Shown here: positions 45,922 through 55,602 of the stretch, piece after piece | Position numbering within the stretch: the stretch's first letter is position 1 | Layout of the letters: every line of letters starts with the position of its first letter | From: Alphaproteobacteria bacterium CG11_big_fil_rev_8_21_14_0_20_39_49 | GTDB lineage: Bacteria; Pseudomonadota; Alphaproteobacteria; Rickettsiales; UBA6187 | Length of the DNA stretch: 64,000 nt | Reading direction: 5' to 3' | NCBI GenBank assembly: GCA_002787635.1 | Contig: PCXK01000007.1 | Location: 252,676 to 316,675, forward strand | The notes under the pieces: model-generated | What the model was told of the DNA's origin: nothing | The model's input: only the letters and a program-made list of their open reading frames with translations | The model's database searches: none | Made by a program: the position numbers and the translations under genes

Positions 45922-46836
45922 TCACTTCCTCATAAAAGTGCATACAACCTTATTACCCGGTTCGTGATATTGAACGTGTACGTCCATCAGGCTGTTTATA
46001 ACGGCGATGCTGCGTCCGTTAGGTTCCATTAGGCGTACCGGATCAAACTCTTTGAATTTTCTCCAGTTAAATCCTTGTCCTTCGTCGCATATTGTAACTA
46101 TTACATCGTCCTTTTTCATTTGTACCGATACATAGACCCTTTTATCACGATGTTCAGGGGATTTTGACCTTTTTTCAATCTCTTCGTCAAGTTTATTGCT
46201 TAATGATAATGACTTTTTAAGTTCGTATCCTATGCAAAGATTTCCATGTTCTATAGCGTTTATGATAAGCTCTAATAACGCAATACTGACCTTATCAGGC
46301 TTTGCTGCCAATGATGCTATGGCAGAGGATAAGTTCAGTGCCTCTTTAGTATTCCTAATTTCAAACCTAGCATTAGTAGCAAGCTCAAATGCCGCCTTTT
46401 CGCATACGGCATTGCTGACATTATGAACTGCAACGCCCTGACGTTCAAAGTTTTTTATGGCTGAGTTTACAACGGCTATCATCATGTCGGGATCGAACGG
46501 TTTTGTAAGGTAATAATACGCACCGGCAGCTATCCCTTCGGTCGCTTCCTTGCTGCCTACATCGCCGGTTTGTATAATAACAGGTGTGTTCCTTAATATA
46601 GGGTGCATTTTCATCTTGGATAATACTTCCAGTCCCCCCATGCGTGGCATCATCTTATCAAGCAATACAACGGAGAAATCATTAGGGTGAGAGTCCAACA
46701 AGTCCCATGCATCTTTACCGTTATCAATAACGGTTGACAGATAGCCTTCTTTTGTAAGCCTGTGTTGTAGAATATCTAGATTCATGTCATCGTCATCAAC
46801 GACTAAAACGCTTGCCTTGTTGTTTTTTGCTGCCAT
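45922..46836 (-). CDS. Response-regulator receiver domain fused to a C-terminal HATPase (RsbW/SpoIIAB-like) domain
   Basis: Receiver: VLVVDDDDMNL, phospho-acceptor context VLLDKMMPRMGG, conserved Lys in YLTKPF. C-terminus: LLELIINAIEHGN ... ICDEGQGF, an ATP-binding fold pattern. Confidence 0.65.
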   Translation of the reverse strand: MAAKNNKASVLVVDDDDMNLDILQHRLTKEGYLSTVIDNGKDAWDLLDSHPNDFSVVLLDKMMPRMGGLEVLSKMKMHPILRNTPVIIQTGDVGSKEATEGIAAGAYYYLTKPFDPDMMIAVVNSAIKNFERQGVAVHNVSNAVCEKAAFELATNARFEIRNTKEALNLSSAIASLAAKPDKVSIALLELIINAIEHGNLCIGYELKKSLSLSNKLDEEIEKRSKSPEHRDKRVYVSVQMKKDDVIVTICDEGQGFNWRKFKEFDPVRLMEPNGRSIAVINSLMDVHVQYHEPGNKVVCTFMRK

Positions 46837-46910
46837 TTATATTCCCCCTTATTACGATTATATTTAAGAATCGTTAATAAATCCTTTATAAATAAGGGGA
46901 ATAATGACTT

Positions 46911-47558
46911 TTAAAGCTCGTTTTTCAGGAATTTGATACCTAATTGAATGCCTGCCGGATCAATTCCATGTCCCAAGCCTTCCTGAGAGTAGCCGTGAAC
47001 CATAATGCCTTGTTTTTGTAGCACCGACATAGCATTACCAAAAGCGTCAAAAGGCACTATTTCGTCAGCCTCGCCATGTATCAGGCATACGTGAGGTTTA
47101 GATACTAATTCGTCTTTAAGCAGATGAGGGGCAACTAATGCACCGGAATAGCCTAAAATACCACCAAGCGGCTTCGGTCGCCTAAAAGCCGTGTGTAATG
47201 ACAGCATCGTACCTTGTGAAAAGCCTATCAAAAATATATCCTTATCTTCTAGATCTAATTCTTTCTTTTTTGCATCTATAAAAGCGTTTAAAATGGGTTC
47301 GGCAGTCTTGACACCCTTTAATATTGCTTCTTCACTGCGTTCGAGTAAGCTAAACCACTGCCTTCCCATCGGATACATATCACACGGGTAAGGTGCGTCA
47401 GGGGATACAAAATGAGCATCAGGCAGTGCGTCACTGAAAAAATCCGCAAGTGAGATAAGGTCGTTACCGTCCGCACCCAATCCATGTAAAAATATCACTA
47501 ATTGTTTTGCTTTTTCTCCTGATTCGGGTGGTCTTTGTGGACCGGTTAAATTTGTCAT
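46911..47558 (-). CDS. Alpha/beta hydrolase, phospholipase/carboxylesterase family
   Basis: LVIFLHGLGADGNDL, nucleophile elbow GFSQG, HGEADEIVP, and His in GLGHGI. 215 aa. Confidence 0.8.
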   Translation of the reverse strand: MTNLTGPQRPPESGEKAKQLVIFLHGLGADGNDLISLADFFSDALPDAHFVSPDAPYPCDMYPMGRQWFSLLERSEEAILKGVKTAEPILNAFIDAKKKELDLEDKDIFLIGFSQGTMLSLHTAFRRPKPLGGILGYSGALVAPHLLKDELVSKPHVCLIHGEADEIVPFDAFGNAMSVLQKQGIMVHGYSQEGLGHGIDPAGIQLGIKFLKNEL

Positions 47559-47593
47559 AATAATGTTATCTATGTGTATTAAAGTAAAGTATT

Positions 47594-47951
47594 AGATGGT
47601 CTGTAAGCCGGGTTCTGTAATTGACGGCTATTCATCTGGGACATTTATCACTAAATGCCTCAAGCAACCTACCCGAATATCCGGTGTGGAAAACACCTGT
47701 AAAAAATACGTGATATTCCTATTTGGTCTTGCTCCCGGCGGGGTTTACCTTTGCCGTATGATGTTGCCATATACGCGGTGCGCTCTTACCGCACCTTTTC
47801 ACCCTTACCCTAATGTTTAATAAAAAGCATTAAGGCGGTTATTTTCTGTGGCACTTTCCCTAGAGTCACCTCCGGTGGGCGTTACCCACCACCGTTTTTC
47901 CATGGAGCCCGGACTTTCCTCTGTGTAAACACAGCAGCCATCCGACCATCT
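47594..47951 (-). ncRNA. rnpB: RNase P RNA (bacterial type A)
   Basis: The minus strand contains the universal P4 5' strand GAGGAAAGTCCGGGCTCC (complement of 47909-47926 region) and the 3' P4 strand ACAGAACCCGGCTTA (complement of about 47602-47616). P1 pairs agatggtc/gaccatct at the two ends. Confidence 0.88.
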
Positions 47952-48012
47952 AAGGCAAGCAATATGTACCATTTAGTTAATATTTTCAAGAGGGAAATAA
48001 ATTATAGTATAA

Positions 48013-48741
48013 TTATATACTGAGGTGATTTTTATTTTTTTCGTTTAAATACTTACTTGTATGAGTTTTTAGCGATTCTAAACTTTCATCATCGCTAATG
48101 TAGCCGTGTGTACTTTTTGTTATAGGCGTGTTATTGGGAGTTAATGGTGCTTTGTGTAAATTAATTAAGGTGCTTATACATTGCTCATCTTCTGTGGTAT
48201 AATCCATGCGATACTGTTCTTGTTCTATTAACGGAAGCTTTGGAACCGGAGCTTTATTTTTAAAGTAGCTTTCAGTTCTATCCTTTTCATGGTTTAATAA
48301 TGTTTGAGACATTAAGTCGGCTGTTTTTGCCGAGTCGGTTTTTCTTATTTTATGCTCTGATAATTGTTCATACATGAAGCACCCGATCTCTACGCTATCT
48401 ATGTCTGTATTTTGCAGGAGATCGATCACTTTATCAAGTGTACATGTTTTGCCGTCCGGGGCAAATAGGTAGCTTGCACCTGTTTCCAGAGTGTCAACAA
48501 AATCCTCAGCATTTTTCTGCACAACGGCATCATAAAGGCGTTGTTCGTCCTGAAACTTAAGATCTTCTATTTTATCAAAAATGTCCTTACTGTTTTTTTC
48601 GTAATAAGGATTTGCACCTTTTTTAAGATTGCGTTTAAAGCTTACCAAATCGGCATCTTCAACAGACTTATGAAAAGCTTTTTCATAACCGCTTAATTTT
48701 AAATTTGTTAAATGTCGGTTGTTTTTTGTATTATTTGCCAA
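48013..48741 (-). CDS. Hypothetical protein (orphan)
   Basis: Long ORF with its own flanking gaps. No TM segment or signal peptide. Only faint ankyrin-like stretches (LVSFKRNLKKGANP), too weak to call. Confidence 0.35.
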   Translation of the reverse strand: MANNTKNNRHLTNLKLSGYEKAFHKSVEDADLVSFKRNLKKGANPYYEKNSKDIFDKIEDLKFQDEQRLYDAVVQKNAEDFVDTLETGASYLFAPDGKTCTLDKVIDLLQNTDIDSVEIGCFMYEQLSEHKIRKTDSAKTADLMSQTLLNHEKDRTESYFKNKAPVPKLPLIEQEQYRMDYTTEDEQCISTLINLHKAPLTPNNTPITKSTHGYISDDESLESLKTHTSKYLNEKNKNHLSI

Positions 48742-48822
48742 ACCTTAAGCTTCATTAATTTGATTGATGATTTTTTAAATTTAACTTGTATGCCCGATAC
48801 TTGCAAGTGTTTTTAAGCATAT

Positions 48823-51036
48823 TTATTTACTAGTTGCAATAAAAACGCCGTCCCAGTTTTTTGGAGGCGGATTTTTTTCAAACTCTTTTATTCTTTCTTC
48901 GTATAGTTCGAACAGACCGTCAATGTTAATAGCGGCTATTTTTGCAGCATGTGTTTTACATGACCTTAATAATGCTTTGGATTTTTTCCGGTTTTGTAAG
49001 CGGTATTCGTGAAGCATTTTATTAAAATCATCAGATAATAATTTGAAATTATCTGATATTTTTAGTTCTTTGTCTCCAAGTAAAGTAAAGATGCGTACAG
49101 GCTCTGTTTTACCCTTTACTTGAATAAGATCTAATTCCAATGTTGCCATATCTTCTATTTTTTTCTTGGTGTTTTCACCTATTACTATGTTTACCCCATA
49201 GGTTTTGCTTTGTCCTTCAAGTCTTGATGCAAGGTTAACGTCATCACCTAAAACAGAATAGTCAAAACGTTGTTCGGAACCCATATTGCCGACGCAACAA
49301 CTTCCGGTATTTAAACCTATGCCTATATTTATAGGAATAAATTTACGACCTGCTTGTTTAGCCTCTTCTTCTTGCCGGCTGTTCAATTCTACCAGTGCAT
49401 CAAGCATTTTAAGGGAGGATAAGCAGGCGTTTCGTGCGTGGTTTTCATCATCTAGCGGTGCATTCCAAAATGCCATGATACAGTCACCCATATATTTATC
49501 TATCGTTCCTTTGTTATCCAGAATGATAGTTGTCATCGGTGTAAGGAAACGGTTTATGAAATGCGTAAGTGAATGTGCGTCAAACTGCTCGGATATTGTT
49601 GTAAAGCCACGTATATCGCAAAATAATATAGTAAGCTCTTTGGTTTCACCGCCAAGCTTTAAGCTATCGGGGTTTTTTGCAAGCTGTTCAACTAGGGCAG
49701 GGGACATGTAGTGACTGAATGCATTTCTGACCTGTTTTTTTTCGGTTTCCGAGCTTATATATCTTATCAAGGATTCCGATAAATAAATTAAAGCGATAGC
49801 TATACCTGGCGTTACAGGGTCAATCAAGGTTTTATATTCTAAAAATGAATGCCATGAAAATGCAAGAGAGCCGCCTAATGATAATAATGTGAACAATGCC
49901 CCCCAAAGAGCCGAGAGCTTTGACATCATAATAATCAGGGTTAACCCGACTGCAATCATCATTGCTATTTCAGCACCATGTACCCAATCAGGTCTGTTTA
50001 GAAAATCTCCCGTAAGCATTTGTTCTAACGCCTGTACATGTACTTCAACCCCGTTTGCGGCAGGGTTTAGCGGTGTAGTTCTTATATCCCTCAGTCCTTC
50101 GGAACTAGTACCGATGAAAATAATATTGCCTTCCAAGTGCGATAAATCGTAATTAGGGTCAAGCACCTTCCATGCCGGAATATAGCGTTCTTGGGTGTAT
50201 CGGGTGTAATATACCCATAATTTTGCGGTGCGGTCTGTAGGTATCTCTAAATGTCCTATTTTAACCGATGTTATACCGCTGTTAGTGCCGAATGAAGTTT
50301 CACCGCTTGCACCTGCCGTTTTAATTATATATGTAGAGGCTCCTTGTGCTATCCTCAGGGCTTCCGCTGAAAGTGATGGGACAAAAGTGCTTGCCGTTAT
50401 CAGTACCAGAGGAATTCTGCGTATTATTCCGTCATCATCTACAATGCTGTTTAAAGCACCGTTGCCGTTTGCGGCATCTTCTAATATTTTAAGGCTTGTT
50501 ATATATCCCCTGAATCTTGAAAGGAACGGGCTTGGGTCGTTACCCGCATATGAATAACCTGCTTTTGACTGTGCGAATTTACTGCTGATATCATTATTTA
50601 ATACAAAACCCGTAACTACATTAGCACCTGATATTGAATCGGCAAATAGCGTATCGTGGTCGGGTAGCTCGTCAAGCAGATAAGAAAGCTTATCTTCCTT
50701 CTTCCAAAGTGATAATATGTGCTTGGGAGATGTTCTGTCTTCTTCGGAAAACACGATATCCATTGCGATTGCAGCTACACCCGCCTTATTAAGCCTGTCT
50801 ACCAGATCCGCCATAATGCTTCTTGGCCATGGCCATTGCCCGAGCTTTTCAAGGCTTTCATCGTCTATATCAACTATTTTAACCGGTTGGTCGGTGTATT
50901 GTCTGGGATATTTTTGCTGGAAGGTATCAAAAACCTTTAACTGCATTTGTTTGACAATCTTAAAATCCGATATTTTTATATAAATCGCTAAAGACAATAT
51001 TAATAGTGATATTAGTATTCTTAAGGTGTTATTCAT
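48823..51036 (-). CDS. CHASE2 sensor domain-containing class III adenylate/guanylate cyclase
   Basis: N-terminal TM segment, then a periplasmic CHASE2-like region (VKIVDIDDESLEKLGQWPWPR), 3 TM segments, then a cyclase domain (ILFCDIRGFTTISE, KYMGDCIMAFWNAP, GLNTGSCCVGNMGS..RFDYSVLGDDVNLASRLEG). Confidence 0.85.
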   Translation of the reverse strand: MNNTLRILISLLILSLAIYIKISDFKIVKQMQLKVFDTFQQKYPRQYTDQPVKIVDIDDESLEKLGQWPWPRSIMADLVDRLNKAGVAAIAMDIVFSEEDRTSPKHILSLWKKEDKLSYLLDELPDHDTLFADSISGANVVTGFVLNNDISSKFAQSKAGYSYAGNDPSPFLSRFRGYITSLKILEDAANGNGALNSIVDDDGIIRRIPLVLITASTFVPSLSAEALRIAQGASTYIIKTAGASGETSFGTNSGITSVKIGHLEIPTDRTAKLWVYYTRYTQERYIPAWKVLDPNYDLSHLEGNIIFIGTSSEGLRDIRTTPLNPAANGVEVHVQALEQMLTGDFLNRPDWVHGAEIAMMIAVGLTLIIMMSKLSALWGALFTLLSLGGSLAFSWHSFLEYKTLIDPVTPGIAIALIYLSESLIRYISSETEKKQVRNAFSHYMSPALVEQLAKNPDSLKLGGETKELTILFCDIRGFTTISEQFDAHSLTHFINRFLTPMTTIILDNKGTIDKYMGDCIMAFWNAPLDDENHARNACLSSLKMLDALVELNSRQEEEAKQAGRKFIPINIGIGLNTGSCCVGNMGSEQRFDYSVLGDDVNLASRLEGQSKTYGVNIVIGENTKKKIEDMATLELDLIQVKGKTEPVRIFTLLGDKELKISDNFKLLSDDFNKMLHEYRLQNRKKSKALLRSCKTHAAKIAAINIDGLFELYEERIKEFEKNPPPKNWDGVFIATSK

Positions 51037-51047
51037 TTTTCAGACCT

Positions 51048-52913
51048 TTAGAAAGACCAGCCTACGGCTGTGGAAACTCGGTGGTTATCATATGTATAGT
51101 TTTGTATGTTCGAGTTTGAGTTCTTATACTGGTAGCTTGTAGTCAGGCTGATATTTTTAGGTAGTTTTTTTATCAACGCAAGTGTAAGTGTTTTTTCAAG
51201 ATCCCTTCTAAGTATAGTCGAGCTTATTGAAGTATCGAAATCGTCGTAATGTGTTCTTTTAAACGTTGCTAATGCACTTGCCGTTATGTCATATGGAAGT
51301 TGGCGTATATATCCTAAACCTAGGTTGATTTGAAAAAATGCATTTTTTGCTTCCCTTGCCGACTCGTTCCTCCATGTTAAAGAGGAGGTAAATATATCCT
51401 TTTCGGTGAAAGCGTAGGTAGCCCCTAACTTGTTTTGATAGGCGTTTCCTGTTCTTCCCGTGTTTGTAGATGTAGGGGAGTTGTAAAAATACCTGTACTC
51501 ATAAGCTGTTGTGTTATCAAGTATAAGCTTGTTTGTAGGAGCGTATTTTAATGTAAGCTCACCGCCTCTCGTTTTAAGGTATTTAAAGCTGTTAAGGTTT
51601 ATAATGCTTAGGTTTCCGGCTACGGATATCTGTGTTTTAAGCTTGTTCAGGTTTAAAGTAGGTCCTGATTTTATAGACGCAAGAGATATATCTAATTGAT
51701 GCTCGGTAGTCTGGCTGGTTTTGTATAATGTACCGTTAGTGTTGAAAGTTGCACTCCATATTTTGCTTTTATTATTATCAAATTTGTATAGATGCGATAA
51801 TGAGGTAGTGGCAAAAATTTGAGCGTCTTCCTTCTTCGTAGAGTTTTCGGCAAGAGGTATGCTTATATCGCTAAATGTTGTTTCGCCTGTCGATGCGGCA
51901 GAAGTGGCGTTTGAATCACGGTTAACGCCAAATGAGGCGGAGCCGGATATAATATGCGTTTTCATTGCATATTTTACCTTCTCAAGTATGCCGTTAATAT
52001 TTTCCTTAACCTTTTCGGGCGGATTGTTAGCAAGAACAGTTTCAAAAAGTGACTTTGCTTTTTCTAGCTCACCCATTTTGACATATAATAAACCCAAATC
52101 CAGCTTTATCCTGTCTAGTTTGGGTTCTCTTTCTATCATGTGAAGATATGCTTCTTCAGCGGTTTTAAACTCGCCTGTTTTTTCGGCAAGTTTAGCAAGG
52201 GCAAAATATCCGTCCAGATTATCGGGTGTCTTTGCAATTTTTTCTTTTATTATTTTAATTTGCTCTTTTGCCTCTTTTATTTTTGGGTCTAAGTTTTTTT
52301 CTATTTCGGCTTGTTTAGCCTCTTTGATTTTTACGTTCACCGAGCGGTTTTCAGGATCGGTACGTTTTTGTACTTCCCTTAAAAACTGCTTTTGTGTGTA
52401 TTTTTCGGGTATTTCGTTTGTTGCAGATGCTGCCTGTCCCTGCGGTGGATTTTCAGAATCGCCCGTATCCTTGGAAATTGAAGCTAAAGTTGCTTCTATT
52501 TTACTTTTTACTTCCTCAGGAGGATTGGAGTTTAATACTTCTTTTAACAAAATCCTCGCAGACTCTTTATCGCCCGTTCTTATATATATAATAGCAAGAG
52601 CGGTTTTTATTCTGTTAAGGTTAGGGTTTATTTTTAGCATATGAAGATAGGCATTTTCAGCACTTTTAAGCTTTCCGTGCCGTGCAGACAAGTTTGCGTA
52701 TCTGAAGAATGCGTCCAAGTCATTAGGGTCTTTTTGCATTCTAGCGGTTAATTCCTTTAATGCTATTTCATCGACCTTGTTGGCGTCTGACGAGCGTAAA
52801 GTCTCCTGTGCTAAGGGCGTGTCAGGAATTAATAATGTTACTATTGTAACAATAATAAATAGTTTAAAAGCTCTCATTTGTGTCATACCTTGACAATATC
52901 TCAATGCGTTCAA
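51048..52913 (-). CDS. TPR-repeat protein fused to a C-terminal outer-membrane beta-barrel (Slam/DUF560-like architecture)
   Basis: Signal peptide. Duplicated TPR modules (AENAYLHMLKINPNLNRIK..., AEEAYLHMIEREPKLDRIK...). The C-terminal half has alternating-hydrophobic beta strands and ends in ...TAVGWSF (aromatic terminal residue). The true start is probably an internal Met near 52877-52886. Confidence 0.55.
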   Translation of the reverse strand: MNALRYCQGMTQMRAFKLFIIVTIVTLLIPDTPLAQETLRSSDANKVDEIALKELTARMQKDPNDLDAFFRYANLSARHGKLKSAENAYLHMLKINPNLNRIKTALAIIYIRTGDKESARILLKEVLNSNPPEEVKSKIEATLASISKDTGDSENPPQGQAASATNEIPEKYTQKQFLREVQKRTDPENRSVNVKIKEAKQAEIEKNLDPKIKEAKEQIKIIKEKIAKTPDNLDGYFALAKLAEKTGEFKTAEEAYLHMIEREPKLDRIKLDLGLLYVKMGELEKAKSLFETVLANNPPEKVKENINGILEKVKYAMKTHIISGSASFGVNRDSNATSAASTGETTFSDISIPLAENSTKKEDAQIFATTSLSHLYKFDNNKSKIWSATFNTNGTLYKTSQTTEHQLDISLASIKSGPTLNLNKLKTQISVAGNLSIINLNSFKYLKTRGGELTLKYAPTNKLILDNTTAYEYRYFYNSPTSTNTGRTGNAYQNKLGATYAFTEKDIFTSSLTWRNESAREAKNAFFQINLGLGYIRQLPYDITASALATFKRTHYDDFDTSISSTILRRDLEKTLTLALIKKLPKNISLTTSYQYKNSNSNIQNYTYDNHRVSTAVGWSF

Positions 52914-53024
52914 TTTATATTGTAACTAAAAATTGAAACAATTGCAAATATTTTAAACTAAACTGTTGAGAAGTATTCAATAAACATAGTTTATGTAAAA
53001 GTTGTACGGAAATTTTTAATTCCG

Positions 53025-53093
53025 TGTCATGCTGAATTTATTTCAGCATCTCCGGCACAGCAAAGAAGATACCGAAACAAGTCCGGTATGACA
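53025..53093. repeat. Family-A 69-bp palindromic element (divergent right arm)
   Basis: tgtcatgctgaatttatttcagcatctccggcacagcaaagaagataccgaaacaagtccggtatgaca. Confidence 0.75.
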
Positions 53094-53134
53094 AATTTAT
53101 ATTTATTGAACACTCCAAGGTATTGAGAAGCTTG

Positions 53135-53743
53135 CTAAAACGTCCTGAATGAGGATAATGTAGCCCCTTGTAGCATGCCGTGTACGGTTTCCTTGTCATA
53201 GTCGATATTTTTATTTTGATAATCGCTTATGATTCTACGTGCGAGGTTATTAGCTTCAATTGCAAGTTTTGTGCAGGAACTTTGAGTTTTTATCTTTGCT
53301 ATTTCTTTTTCAATTTCGCCGGCAGCTTCAATTCCTAAGTCAGCATGTTTTTTCTCATGCGTTTGTAGTGAAGCAAAATAACGCTCCCATTCGGTTTTAG
53401 TGGTCATGTCAAGCAGATCTACGTTCTGAAGCTTTGGGAAATTATGGGTTACAACTACACTTGTTGTGACAGTATCGATTTTACAGTTTTTACCCGACTT
53501 ATCAAAAGTATAATTCCAACCTATATCATACTTGGTAAGTGCCGAGAAGTTGTTTCCGTCATTTTTTAAAGGAGCCTGCTCTGAAATAGCCTGCTTTATC
53601 TCGTCCAGAGTGCGACCGCTAACCGTATATTGATATTCTTGTACGGTAACTCTCGGTGCGGCTATAGAAGCATCAGACATAATAGCACCTGATATTGCCA
53701 CGCTTAGACAAGTAATAATGTTTTTTTTGAAAAATGCTTTCAT
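53135..53743 (-). CDS. DUF922-like secreted putative zinc metallopeptidase
   Basis: Signal peptide MKAFFKKNIITCLSVAISGAIMSDASIAAP. HExxH motif in QTHEKKHADLG. About 200 aa. ATG at 53743 is preceded by ggagga. Confidence 0.55.
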   Translation of the reverse strand: MKAFFKKNIITCLSVAISGAIMSDASIAAPRVTVQEYQYTVSGRTLDEIKQAISEQAPLKNDGNNFSALTKYDIGWNYTFDKSGKNCKIDTVTTSVVVTHNFPKLQNVDLLDMTTKTEWERYFASLQTHEKKHADLGIEAAGEIEKEIAKIKTQSSCTKLAIEANNLARRIISDYQNKNIDYDKETVHGMLQGATLSSFRTF

Positions 53744-53947
53744 CGGCTGATCCTCCTTCCTTTTTAGCGATTGAATTATATATATTTCGTAGCGTATGTC
53801 AATAAAATGAATCAAAAATTTCAAAAAAAATTAAATATTTCATACTTTTTCTACCTGCTGTTGACAATTTTGTCACTTGGGCTGCCCATTCCTTAAAAAA
53901 TGATTTGCCGAATATTTGAAATATATAGATTTTTTTCCAAAGAGTGC

Positions 53948-53976
53948 TTGACCAATCCCATATTTTTATGTAAATT
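53948..53976 (+). promoter_or_regulatory. Candidate sigma70-type promoter of the mraZ/dcw operon
   Basis: TTGACC (53948-53953), a 17-nt spacer, then TAAATT (53971-53976), about 210 nt upstream of mraZ. Confidence 0.35.
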
Positions 53977-53985
53977 TACCATACA

Positions 53986-54012
53986 AACCCATGAAAAACC
54001 ATTTTGAACCAT
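53986..54012 (+). promoter_or_regulatory. Three direct AACC(C)AT repeats at 10-11 bp spacing just downstream of the candidate promoter (candidate MraZ operator)
   Basis: aacccat (53986), aaccat (53997) and aaccat (54007). Confidence 0.3.
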
Positions 54013-54188
54013 ATGGGACTGGCAGGTAGCGGTAAGTTTGCGGTTTGAATTTTTGGGCTTCCTCTCTTTGCTCCAGGTAGGACTTTGAGGGGGTGTTTTT
54101 TGAATTTCAGGTAGGAATTCAAAAAATCGTTTGAAAGGCTTTTTGCCTGAGATTGAAAAAGCAAGGGGTGATAAGGAGTTAAGATAGT

Positions 54189-54659
54189 ATGGCATTGTTC
54201 TTGTCTACCTACGTAAACAAGGTTGATAAGAAGGGGCGTGTTTCCGTTCCTGCTAATTTTCGTGCCGCACTATCAAAACAGGAATATAAGGGTATCGTTG
54301 TTTACCCATCGTTTATAAATAATTGCGTTGAAGCTTGCGGTATGGATCGTATTGAAAGATTGAGTGAGAGTATTGACGAGTTAGATCCTTATTCTGATGA
54401 GCGTGACGCATTCGCAGCTACTATTTTGGGCGGCAGTATGCAGCTTCCTTTTGATAAGGAGGGGCGTGTTATGTTGCCTGAGGGATTTTTAAAGGATACG
54501 GGCATTGATGATAAGGCGGTATTTGTAGGAAAAGGTGCTACTTTTGAGATATGGGAACCTGAGGCATTTGAAGAATATGCAGGTAAAGCCCGTGATCTTG
54601 CTAAAAGACAGCGTGCTAATTTACGTCTGAATAAAAAAGGGGGGGCAGATGAACAATAG
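54189..54659 (+). CDS. mraZ: Transcriptional regulator MraZ
   Basis: FLSTYVNKVDKKGRVSVPANFR and a second DKEGRVMLPEGF repeat (duplicated SpoVT-AbrB/MraZ motif). 156 aa. Confidence 0.93.
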   Translation: MALFLSTYVNKVDKKGRVSVPANFRAALSKQEYKGIVVYPSFINNCVEACGMDRIERLSESIDELDPYSDERDAFAATILGGSMQLPFDKEGRVMLPEGFLKDTGIDDKAVFVGKGATFEIWEPEAFEEYAGKARDLAKRQRANLRLNKKGGADEQ

Positions 54660-55602
54660 CTCTCCTCACTATCCTGTAATGTTGAACGAGATGTTGGAAT
54701 ACGTGTCTCCGAAAGATGGCGAAGTCTATGTGGACGGAACTTTCGGAGCCGGGGGGTACAGCAGAGCTCTTCTTCAAGCTGCGGATTGCAAGGTTTACGC
54801 CATAGACCGTGATCCAAACGTAAAGCAGCTTGCAGAAGAGCTGGAGGCTGAGTTTCCCGGAAGGATAGAACTGCTTATAGGTCGTTTTAGTGACATGGAA
54901 AGACTGTTAAAAGATGCGGGAGTTGAAAAAGTTGATGCCGTTGTGCTTGATATAGGCGTTTCCTCAATGCAAATTGACCAAGCACAAAGAGGCTTTTCAT
55001 TTATGAGGCAGGGTCCTCTTGATATGCGTATGTCGCAACAGGGGATTGACGCTGCGTATGTTGTAAATAATACCGATGAGGCACAGCTTGCCGATATTAT
55101 ATATAAATATGGCGGTGAAAAAAAATCAAGGCGTGTAGCCTCGGCGATTGTAAAAGCAAGAGCTGAAAAGCCGATAACTACTACAAGCGAACTTGCAAGT
55201 ATAGTGCGTTCGGTGGTGCGTATGGCAAAAGATAAGATAGACCCTGCAACCAGAACATTTCAGGCTTTAAGGATATGGGTAAATGATGAGTTGGGGGAGT
55301 TAAGAGACGCGTTGGAAAGTGCGGAAAGATTGTTGGCTCCATACGGAAGGTTGGTAGTTGTTACTTTCCATTCACTCGAAGATGCAATTGTAAAAGAGTT
55401 TGTAAATAAAAAAAGCGGTAAGAACGAAGGAGTATCAAGACACCTTCCCATAGTTGAGAAAAAAATGGCATCGGCAACATTCAGACCGCTATGCAATAAG
55501 GCAGTTAAGCCAAGTGAAGAAGAAATTTCAATAAATATACGTTCACGCTCGGCAAAATTACGTGCCGCAGAAAAATTAGATACAGGAGGTATCGTACAAT
55601 GA
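54649..55602 (+). CDS. rsmH: 16S rRNA (cytosine1402-N4)-methyltransferase RsmH
   Basis: HYPVML.E, DGTFGAGGYS, DLGVSS-like DIGVSSMQID, GFSF, GPLDMRM and FHSLEDAIVK. Confidence 0.95.
   Translation: MNNSSPHYPVMLNEMLEYVSPKDGEVYVDGTFGAGGYSRALLQAADCKVYAIDRDPNVKQLAEELEAEFPGRIELLIGRFSDMERLLKDAGVEKVDAVVLDIGVSSMQIDQAQRGFSFMRQGPLDMRMSQQGIDAAYVVNNTDEAQLADIIYKYGGEKKSRRVASAIVKARAEKPITTTSELASIVRSVVRMAKDKIDPATRTFQALRIWVNDELGELRDALESAERLLAPYGRLVVVTFHSLEDAIVKEFVNKKSGKNEGVSRHLPIVEKKMASATFRPLCNKAVKPSEEEISINIRSRSAKLRAAEKLDTGGIVQ

Noticed and set aside
47596-47820. 74-aa ORF on the plus strand
   Set aside because: It lies antisense within the RNase P RNA gene, whose conserved P4 strands are unmistakable.
48013-48741. 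Possible ankyrin-repeat effector
   Set aside because: Only one or two weak ANK-like stretches are present. This is not enough to name the fold without a profile search.
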